This document shows positions 12,708 through 21,500 of a DNA stretch of 64,000 nucleotides, one piece after another. The position numbers and the translations under genes are program-made. Under the pieces are notes generated by a model. That model saw only the letters and a list, made by a program, of their open reading frames with translations. It made no database searches and had not been told where the DNA came from. The number at the start of each line of letters is the position of its first letter. Position 1 is the stretch's first letter. Origin of the DNA: a virus; the IMG/VR virus record IMGVR_UViG_3300045988_174698; one strand, given 5' to 3'.

Positions 12708-12745
12708 TGTAATCCTCTTAAGTTGAGAAACTTAAGAGGATTTTT
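12708..12745 (+). terminator. rho-independent terminator
   Basis: The hairpin AATCCTCTTAAGTT-GAGAAA-CTTAAGAGGATT is followed by TTTTTATTTT. Confidence 0.6.
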
Positions 12746-12765
12746 TATTTTGTATAGTAACGTTA

Positions 12766-12794
12766 TGTTTTACGTTATTGTGATTATATCTTTG
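12766..12794 (+). promoter_or_regulatory. Bacteroidota-type promoter candidate (-7 TAtcTTTG at ~12787-12794)
   Basis: A TAnnTTTG motif lies 58 nt upstream of ATG 12852, with a TTT-containing -33 region. Confidence 0.4.
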
Positions 12795-12851
12795 TATTGT
12801 TGATCAACGAAACAAAAAATTAAATGTTTAACAATTTAAGTATTTTTTAAT

Positions 12852-13766
12852 ATGGCAGAGGAAAAAACTTATGTGTTTGGTGAAGGTGCAGGTAATGGTA
12901 TTTTAGGCCTTTTAGGTCCTATGCTTTCACAAAGAGGAGTAGATCCAAACGTTCTATTAGCAATGCAAGGCCGTAATAATGATGGATTTGGCGAGGGAGG
13001 CTGATTCATTTGGGTAATTTTCCTATTCTTCCTTATGGGTTGAGGAGGTAATGGGTGAGGTAATAATGGTGCTGGTGGCTTAGGAAATCAGCTTAATAAT
13101 GATTATGGTAGAGAGATGTTGTTACAAGCTATTAATGGAAATGGAAATGCAATTAGTCAGCTAGCTAGCACACTTAATTGCGATATTAACGCAGTACAGA
13201 CTGCAATTAATTCTGTTCAGAGTCAGATTCAGTCTGTAGGTAATCAAGTTGGGATGAGTGGCCAACAGATTATTAATGCTATACAGGCAGGTAATTGTCA
13301 GATTGCTTCCCAGTTAGCTTCATGCTGCTGCGATGTACGTGAGACAATAACAAAACAGGGCTATGATAACCAATTAGCTACTTTGAACCAAACAAATATT
13401 CTTGGCAGTAAAATAGATCAGCAGACAACATTAATTAATGATAAGTTCTGCCAGCTGGAAATGCGCGAGATGCAGAACAAAATTGATGCTCTTCGTGAGG
13501 ACAAATCTGCTTTGATTAATCAGCTAAGTCAAGAACATCAAACAAGTGCTATTCAAGCCTACCAAACTCAGACTATTGCTCCTGTGAATGCAGCTCTAGT
13601 AGCACTTCAAAGAGAAGTAGATAGTATTAAGTGTAAATTGCCCGAATCAGTATCTGTTCCGTACTCTCCAGTAGTTGGTGTACCAACTTGTGTTGCAGCT
13701 CAATTTGGTTTAAATGCACTTGGTTATAGCAGTGGATTGTGGAATAATGGTAGTATTTGGGCCTAA
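12852..13766 (+). CDS. membrane-anchored Gly/Trp-rich protein with Gln-rich coiled coil and Cys cluster (~304 aa)
   Basis: ATG 12852. I checked position by position that it is in frame with track ORF 13116-13766 across three TGAs. The hydrophobic segment GGWFIWVIFLFFLMGWGGNGWG has three of its Trp codons as TGA. A Q/N-rich region follows, then a CCCD motif. Confidence 0.6.
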
Positions 13767-13779
13767 AAATTAAAATAAT

Positions 13780-14130
13780 ATGGCTAATACAATATTACGA
13801 TTTATAAATCAGGGAGGTATTCCTTGTATTGAAGATACAGGAGTTACTCTTACAACTACTGCAGCGACTTTTTCATTTAATAGACATCCGTTTGTACGAG
13901 GGAATTTTTCTGGACTCATACTTGTTAAAATAACAAGTACATTTACAGCACCAACAACAGCGGTAGATATTCAGTTTGTAACAACTGGGGTAGCTAATTC
14001 AACTCAAACTGTATATGAGTCAAATACAACGACTGCAGTTACTACTGCTACTTGGCCTGGGCCAGGTATTTATTTAGCAATGTACGATCGTGAGTCAGAT
14101 AAATTAGTTTTATTAACAGGAATTGCTTAA
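13780..14130 (+). CDS. hypothetical protein (116 aa, Thr-rich)
   Basis: Intact ORF in the track, tightly packed with its neighbours. Confidence 0.55.
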   Translation: MANTILRFINQGGIPCIEDTGVTLTTTAATFSFNRHPFVRGNFSGLILVKITSTFTAPTTAVDIQFVTTGVANSTQTVYESNTTTAVTTATWPGPGIYLAMYDRESDKLVLLTGIA

Positions 14131-14132
14131 TT

Positions 14133-14642
14133 ATGTTTCAATCACTTAGACCAAATAACCAGGTATTTATATTACATAAAGACAGAGCTATATTAGAAAC
14201 AGGTTCTGTTGTTAGTGTATCGACACCAATGCCAAAGTATCCTGTACAACCAATGTTTGGACAACCTCAGGAAATGGTAGTAGATATTGTAGTTAAAGTT
14301 AATAATCAAGATATTACATATCAAAAGATTCCAGCAAATTTAGATATTGCAGATTTTAATAATAGTAATATTGTTCTGTCAGATAATAGAGAAGCTATGA
14401 ATTCGGAAATTGCTTCTTTGAAGCAGAAAAGTATTGCTATTATTAATAGTATAGATTTTCATAAGGAAATGATCTCAAACTGTGATAAAATTTTGTCAGA
14501 ATTAAATCCTGAATTTGCAGAGAAGCAACAACAACAATTGGAAATTAATTCTCTTAAAACGCAGATGGGTGAAATGGCAAAAAGTATTACTGAGTTAATG
14601 TCTATGAACAAGAAACTAATATCACAACTAAATAAGGAATAA
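14133..14642 (+). CDS. hypothetical protein with C-terminal coiled coil (169 aa)
   Basis: Intact ORF in the track. Confidence 0.55.
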   Translation: MFQSLRPNNQVFILHKDRAILETGSVVSVSTPMPKYPVQPMFGQPQEMVVDIVVKVNNQDITYQKIPANLDIADFNNSNIVLSDNREAMNSEIASLKQKSIAIINSIDFHKEMISNCDKILSELNPEFAEKQQQQLEINSLKTQMGEMAKSITELMSMNKKLISQLNKE

Positions 14643-14645
14643 CGT

Positions 14646-14855
14646 ATGAGAGTTTGAGAAATTAGAGAAGGCCGCGATAGAGAAATGGATTATCGAATGG
14701 GTATGCGTGATAGATCAGAGAAGATCGAGAAGATTGAAAAAGAGGCATACGAATGTGGCTACGAGGACGGATATGACAAAGCTATGGAAGAAATGATGGG
14801 AGAACGATCAGGTTATAGATCTTCGTATCGTTCTAGTTATCGTGGAGGTCGGTAG
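14646..14855 (+). CDS. small Arg/Glu/Tyr-rich protein (~69 aa; MRV-W-EIREGRDRE...SYRSSYRGGR)
   Basis: ATG 14646 with one TGA=Trp, ending at TAG 14853-14855. It is absent from the track only because of the TGA. Confidence 0.4.
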
Positions 14856-14857
14856 TT

Positions 14858-15277
14858 ATGAATAGAAATAGACTAGATATAAGAGACAAAATGCCATCAG
14901 GTATGGAAGAGTATTTATCACAAAATGGATGACATTTTAATAAGAAACTTTGTGAGTGAGCTATATCTAACATGTGAAAACTTAATTCTGATGGAAAGAA
15001 AGAACATATTTCAATTACTCCAAAAGAAGAAATTAAACAACAGTTTAAAAACTATGGAATAACAGTTGATAACTGTGTTGGATATGATGTAATGTTTGTA
15101 TATCACATGGGTAAATCTGACTATTTAGGATCATCAATTATAGACGAACGTTGTTTATTACTTTATGTAAAAGATTATATTGATGATCCTGATGGATATG
15201 ATGGATTACCAATGACTCGATTTTACGCAGATTGCATTGGTAAAGGCACTCCAATAATGTGAGAAGATATGATTTAG
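14858..15277 (+). CDS. hypothetical protein (~139 aa; 4 TGA=Trp)
   Basis: ATG 14858 and TAG 15275-15277. The open frame spans four TGAs. Confidence 0.5.
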
Positions 15278-15278
15278 T

Positions 15279-15725
15279 ATGATAGTACAGAATATTTATT
15301 TAGAAGATTGAGACTGGCATGTGACTGTATATTATGCAGTAGATACTTATTATGCAGATGAAATTTTAGAAGAGTTAGAATCAATCGGGTGTAGTTGATC
15401 AGAGCTTGTAAAAGCAGAAGATTTGTTAAGAAGTGGGCAATATAATACAGGAATTACTTACTCAAATTTTAAACATAGGTGTTCTGTGGTTGTTATCGGA
15501 TTAACAACATCTGCTGAAGAATTTCAAAATACTTTTGATCATGAAAAAGGACATTTAGCTATGCACATATGTTCTGCTCTAAGAATACACCCACAAGGAG
15601 AAGAATTTCAATATTTAACTGGCGAGATAGGGCAAGCTATGTTTAAAGTAGCTAAACGATTCTTATGTGATAACTGTCGAAAAAAGCTAGTCATAGAATT
15701 TAGAGAGATAGATAATAAAAAATAA
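15279..15725 (+). CDS. ImmA/IrrE (DUF955)-like HExxH zinc metallopeptidase-like protein (~148 aa)
   Basis: ATG 15279, in frame with track ORF 15423-15725. The motif TSAEEFQNTFDHEKGHLAMH has HExxH in the context typical of DUF955, with a Glu downstream. Confidence 0.5.
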
Positions 15726-15734
15726 AAAGTTAGA

Positions 15735-15765
15735 TAATGCCACAGAAATGTGGCATTTTTTTATT
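15735..15765 (+). terminator. rho-independent terminator
   Basis: The hairpin GCCACAGAAATGTGGC is followed by TTTTTTTATTT. Confidence 0.55.
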
Positions 15766-15788
15766 TATACGTAATATTTATATAAAAA

Positions 15789-15820
15789 TTTGGTTATTTA
15801 TTAAATATTATATAATTTTG
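15789..15820 (+). promoter_or_regulatory. Bacteroidota-type promoter candidate (TTTG ~15789-15792; TAatTTTG 15813-15820)
   Basis: TTTG, a 21-nt spacer, then TAnnTTTG, 31 nt upstream of ATG 15851. Confidence 0.45.
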
Positions 15821-15850
15821 TATCATTATCTAACTTAAATAAGAATTAAT

Positions 15851-16177
15851 ATGAGTAAAGACACATGTAAATTTAATTTAAATGTAGCAACTAGATTAAT
15901 GCTACTTATGAATCTACCAGAACAAGGTTCTGTAATTGAGATGATTTCAAAAAGAAATATTCGTAAAAAAATTGACTTTTCTAGTGAAGAACTTGAAGAT
16001 CTTAATATCAAAAATGAAGATGGTAGGATTACATGATCTTCGGAAGCTCCTTCAATTGAAGTAGAATTTACAGACAGTGAGATTAACTTGTTAAAGTCAC
16101 TTATTGATAAACTAGATAAGTCTGGGTTAATTACAGATAATATCCTAGATTTTATTGAGAAAATATTAAAAGACTAA
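15851..16177 (+). CDS. hypothetical protein (~108 aa; 1 TGA=Trp)
   Basis: Track ORF 15851-16036 continues through TGA to TAA 16175-16177. Confidence 0.5.
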
Positions 16178-17364
16178 TGGGAACATTATCTAATAATTCT
16201 AAAGTTGGAGATAAAGGTAAAGACTTGATTCTACAGACATCTGGTAGAGTTTATGTTCAAGTAAAAGATAGATTTTATCCGATAAACTTTAGAGATACAG
16301 ACAATCCTAATTCTTCAGAAAATTCTAACACCTCTAATAATTCCAATATAAAGGGAGTATTAATAGTTGATAATCTTGAAACGTATAGTGGAGAATATCC
16401 TGGTGATGGAACTCTTGTTATAGACAGCTCTTCTGGTAGTTTTTATCAAGCTTCTAATAATTCTTATACTAAACTTCCATCTTCAGCTGTTAGTGATTTT
16501 AAATCTCCTATTAATATACAATTAGAAGATGCTTCTCAATCTCCCTTAGTTATTAACTCTAATGCTTTAGTAGAAAATCTAAATGCAGAATATTTATCTG
16601 GATATTCATCACGTGATTATACTAAAAAGGCTTCTAATGAGAGGATTGAAGGTAATTGGTCTTTTCCAACATTAGTTGTAGATAAAATAGTAAACAAATC
16701 TGGAACGACGTATTTTGATTTATCAAGAGGAGAGTTGATGACAAGTTCTTTAGTTACTAATACATTTAGTAGTAATAGTACTAGAACTTCTATTGTTAAA
16801 AAAACATCTAACGGAGATATTTACATTCAATTATCCAGTGAAATGTTTACTCCGTCAATATTAGGACTTTCAGGAGAGACGGTAACTACTACTGAAGAAG
16901 ATGGATCAGAAAAAGAGCAAGTTAATTACTCTCCATGGATATATATTACTGTTGGTAATGAGCATGATAAATATTCTACCAATGGAGTATTATCAAGTTC
17001 TACATATAAATTTACCACAGATGGTGAGGCTGCTATTGGAAAGGTTAAAAAAGAAGATGTGGACGGTAAGATAAGTTACTCTCCGTGGATAAATATTAAT
17101 TCCAATGAAGCTATTTTAAGTGCTGAAACTTATCAATTTAAATCAGATAAAACTGCTACTATCGGCCCAATTGTTTTAAATAATGATGGTACTATATCTA
17201 TAGGAAACTATACAATAGATACTAAGGGTAATCTAAACATTGGGCATATCAAAATTCATGCAGATGGAACAGCTACTATAGGAAGCGGAGAATATCAAGC
17301 TACAATTGATGCTGAAGGTAAATTTCAAATACCAGAAAAATGTATTATAAAAGAAAATATTTAA
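16177..17364 (+). CDS. tail fibre / tail spike-like protein with C-terminal repeats (395 aa)
   Basis: Intact ORF. It carries repeated SPWIxI...TYxF(K/T)...ATIG segments. Confidence 0.6.
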   Translation: MGTLSNNSKVGDKGKDLILQTSGRVYVQVKDRFYPINFRDTDNPNSSENSNTSNNSNIKGVLIVDNLETYSGEYPGDGTLVIDSSSGSFYQASNNSYTKLPSSAVSDFKSPINIQLEDASQSPLVINSNALVENLNAEYLSGYSSRDYTKKASNERIEGNWSFPTLVVDKIVNKSGTTYFDLSRGELMTSSLVTNTFSSNSTRTSIVKKTSNGDIYIQLSSEMFTPSILGLSGETVTTTEEDGSEKEQVNYSPWIYITVGNEHDKYSTNGVLSSSTYKFTTDGEAAIGKVKKEDVDGKISYSPWININSNEAILSAETYQFKSDKTATIGPIVLNNDGTISIGNYTIDTKGNLNIGHIKIHADGTATIGSGEYQATIDAEGKFQIPEKCIIKENI

Positions 17365-17371
17365 TAAAGTG

Positions 17372-17403
17372 TTTGGAAATTAAGAATTAATATATTATAT
17401 TTG
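17372..17403 (+). promoter_or_regulatory. Bacteroidota-type promoter candidate (TTTG 17372-17375; TAtaTTTG 17396-17403)
   Basis: Consensus spacing of 21 nt, 54 nt upstream of ATG 17457. Confidence 0.45.
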
Positions 17404-17456
17404 CCACAAATATCAAAACAGATTAATAATCAATTAATAAGAAAAAATAAGAAAAT

Positions 17457-18563
17457 ATGCCAAATCATTTTGAATTTAATGCGGATAGCTTTGACGAGCT
17501 ATTAACAGGAGAGGATAATTCAGTTTCAAGTCCTGAAAATGATAGTCCAGTTACCGCAGATACTATCGGAGGAGAAAATCTTCTTAGTCACTCAAGTAAT
17601 GATTCAGATCCAGTAGAGCCTAAAGAATCGGATCAAGATAAAAATATAGAAACTAGTAACAATAGCGACTTTTTGACATCCTTTTTAAGTGAGTATGGTC
17701 TTAAAGATGGTAAAGTAACTTATGAGAATGATGACGGTACTACGGAAGAAGTAGATTTTGATAGTTTAGACTCAGAGGAAAAAATAAATATTCTTAAAGA
17801 ACTTACTTCTCCAAATCTTAGCAAAGATGAAATAGAGGTAATTAATTATTTGCGTTCAAATAATGCAACAATACAGGATGTAATTACTTATTATTCTCAA
17901 AAAGCAGTAGAAGATTATATTAAAGAAAATGGTCCAATTGAAAAACAATACAGTGTAGATGAATATTCAGATGATGAACTATATATTGCTGATTTAAAAT
18001 CAAAATTCAGCGATATGAGTGAAGATGACATCAAAACTGATTTGGAGATTGCTAAAGAGAATGAGGAACTATTTAAGAAAAAGGTTGATATAATTCGTAA
18101 ACAATATAAAGCACAAGAAGAAGAAACAGCTAAAGAAAGAATAAAAGAACAAGAGGAACAATTTAATAATTTTAAAACTTCTCTTGAAAGTCAACTAAAT
18201 GACTTTAATTCTATTCCTATGGATTATAAAGATAACAAGTCAGATAGTCTGCAAATAGAAGAGTCTGAGAAGGAAGAGATTTATAAGTATATTTTAAATC
18301 AAGACGAGAACGGTGCAACACAATTCTTTAAAGATTTAAATGACCCAAAGACATTAGTAGAACTTGCATGGTTTGCACTTTATGGAAAGGAAGCTATTTC
18401 AGATATTACTAATTATTGGAAATCTCAGCTTAAAAATACAAGAAAATCTGTAGATAATAAGCCGCAGACTACTGTTGTCTCTTTAGATAAAAATAAGTCA
18501 AAAGATAATTTTACTAATCACCATAAATCTGCGGAGACAGAATATGGTGAAAATTTATTATAA
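17457..18563 (+). CDS. acidic coiled-coil protein, scaffold-like (368 aa)
   Basis: Intact ORF, very Asp/Glu/Lys-rich, immediately upstream of the capsid-candidate gene. Confidence 0.5.
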   Translation: MPNHFEFNADSFDELLTGEDNSVSSPENDSPVTADTIGGENLLSHSSNDSDPVEPKESDQDKNIETSNNSDFLTSFLSEYGLKDGKVTYENDDGTTEEVDFDSLDSEEKINILKELTSPNLSKDEIEVINYLRSNNATIQDVITYYSQKAVEDYIKENGPIEKQYSVDEYSDDELYIADLKSKFSDMSEDDIKTDLEIAKENEELFKKKVDIIRKQYKAQEEETAKERIKEQEEQFNNFKTSLESQLNDFNSIPMDYKDNKSDSLQIEESEKEEIYKYILNQDENGATQFFKDLNDPKTLVELAWFALYGKEAISDITNYWKSQLKNTRKSVDNKPQTTVVSLDKNKSKDNFTNHHKSAETEYGENLL

Positions 18564-18582
18564 ACTTAAAAATTAAATAAAT

Positions 18583-21500
18583 ATGAGAATTACAAGTTTT
18601 AGTTCTTCCCATGCTCAGATGGGTTCAACCAGAACTTATGAAGACTTTCATAAGTGGCTAGGTGATAAACCTGAGCGTTTAGGTATTGTATCTAATTTGT
18701 ATAAACAGTATACTGCAACAAGTCTTACTGAAGCACTGATGAATGTTTATACAATGGAAAAGGGCAAGCCTAGTAAATTTCAGTCTCTTAATTCATTCTT
18801 ACTTGAGTGGGAAATTGATGTTAATTTTGTTAAAAGAATTCCTATCCTTGCAGTTGAAGGAGATGGTTCGAATGGTTCTGAGGTTATTTTCCATTTCCCA
18901 GAGCGTTACTACGAGATGTATGACGTGTTTGTAATTGAAGAGACCCGCCAGCAATGTATGGTTATGCTGTCTCCAGTACGTCGTTCTGACGCGGTTGTAG
19001 AATATGTATGCCGTGTTATTGATAATGACTATAAGGAAGTACTTGATGTAGATAGTATTGTAGGTACTGACACTCGTTTTATTACGAATCATATGCCTGA
19101 ATTGCATGAAACAGGGTCGATATTAGTGGGCCCCACTATAATGCGAGTTATAGTTGAAAATTCTTTTAATTGCTGGAAACTCCTATAAAGTTGATACGTT
19201 TATAGGACAATCAGCAGCCAAGACTTAGATAAAGCAATCGCATAGCGAAGCTCTAAGTAAGGTTCAACGACTATCCCGAAAGGGAGTAGGGCAGAGATGT
19301 TCGAAATGGAGAAAATCTTATCAAAAAATGAAATATTTAGTATATTTAACTTACTGTATAACCAGTAAAAAATATTATATAGGTGTTCATATGACTAAAA
19401 ATCCAGAAGTTTGGGATTTTTATATTGGAAATGGAATATACACTAATAGGCCAGCTAGTTACAAAAAAGCTACAACTCCTCTAAAACGGGCTGTGTGTAA
19501 ATATGGAATAAATGCCTTTAGGAGAATAACATTAGCAGTTTTTGACACAAAAGAGGAAGCTTATAAATTAGAAGCGACTATTGTAAATGAATCTTTTGTA
19601 AGAGACCAAAACACCTATAATATAAAATTAGGAGGATCTGGTGGATGTCCAGAAATTCTAAAGAAGAAAGTGTATATGTACAATTCAAACGGAGATTTTG
19701 TTAAAGAGTTTAATACATTAAAAGAATGTATAGATGAAATAGCTCCGAATGCTCGTAATCAAAGTCATATATCTAGAGCAATTAAAAATGGATCTAGAGT
19801 TTATAATTATCAATTTTCTTATGAAAAAGTACCATTTATGAAGAAGTGAAAAACTGAAGTAAATAGTGCTAATTATTCAAATGCTCAGAGAAATAGAGAC
19901 ATGAGGAAAGTAGGAAAATATGATGATGACTGGAATTTAATAGAAGTATTTGAAAATACTGCAGAATTGCGGAAAGCTGGATATAGAAATGCTTATGCTG
20001 TATTAAAAGGAGTACGTGAACACTGTAATGGTTATAGATTTAAGTATATAGAATAAGATTAAGATATAGTCTACTCTTTATAGTAATATAAAGTATATAA
20101 GTCACTAAGTATCAATCAAACATCGAGAAGCATAGAACGATGATTGGGACAACTCGTTGTGATATTGATTATTCAGCTAAATATATGGCTTTGGAAGATC
20201 AGTTTATCAATATTGCAACAAAGGACAAAGATTTTACTTACAAGCTTTCTGGTGCAGAAAAAGTTTGTCTTGATAGCTATATGGCTGCTCGTAATAACAA
20301 GCTTTTATTCTCCAAAGGTAACTTTGATGTAAATGGTAAGACTACTATTTCTGATGAAATTGGTCGTCCTATTGTCACTACTGAGGGTAAGAGAATTTGC
20401 CCCTATGCTTAGTAATGAGCATGGAAATAAGCTCTTTAATTCAGGGAAAGCTGAGATGCCAATCCTGAGCGAAGCTAAATAGTAATATTTAGAACGTGCA
20501 ACGACTAGTTAAAGTAGTCCTATAAAGGATAAAATAACCACGAAAGGGAGCCATCCAGAAATGGATGAAGATATAGTCTGATCATATACGAAATCAAGTA
20601 TATGAAGTAGATGGTAAACTCATCTACGATAACAAAAATGATAATTCCTCAAATTGAACGCTTTGCAACGAAGTATGTATTTAATAAATTAACTACACGT
20701 ATCTTTGAAGGTGCTATGAATGAAATGGCTACTAAGTCAGATGAGCCCACAGGCAATTCTTGGGTATTTATTTGTAACACTAAAATGTGGCAATCTGTCC
20801 AGAGAACAATGGCTACATGGATTCGTGACTGGAAAACTACTGGTTGTTTCGTATGGTCACAAGGTGCTAAGGATTATGTTGACCTTGGTGCAACTTATCA
20901 GTCATATGAATTTGCGGGTAAATCTATCTTATTGCCCGCTGCAGCTTAGAGGCTGTATAAATAAAATTATTTAATTGCTGGAAACTCCTTATAGTTCTAT
21001 AAACTACAAAGTAATATGGAAATATAAACTTGAAAGTTTAAAAATTATAGAAATTGGACAATCAGCAGCGAAGCTCCTTAGTAAATATAATACATGGAGA
21101 ACGTTCAACGACTAGTAAGTCCTATTTAATAGGCATAGGTTAATATTAACCGAAATAATAATTATCTTATGGAATTAAAATATATTGTATATGTTACTGT
21201 TAACCTTTGTAATGGAAAATTATACTTTGGTGTACACAGAACAAATCCTGATATTTTTGATGGGTATATTGGTTGCGGTATTTATAGGCAGTCAAATGCT
21301 ATAAAAAAATATCCATTACACACAGCTGTTAAAAAATATGGGTATGATAACTTTAGAAGAACTATTATACAGATATTTCCAGACACAGATGAGGGTAAAA
21401 AACAAGCGTATGATTTAGAAGCTCAGCTTGTAAATACTACATTATTACGAAGTAAGAATGTATATAATTCAAAAGTTGGGGGAGAAGGTGGTTGTAATAT

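Noticed and set aside
18743-20332. Overlapping alternative-frame ORFs 18743-18934 and 20144-20332
   Set aside because: They lie inside the capsid-candidate exons in a different frame. They are hydrophobic and low-complexity, with no independent signals.
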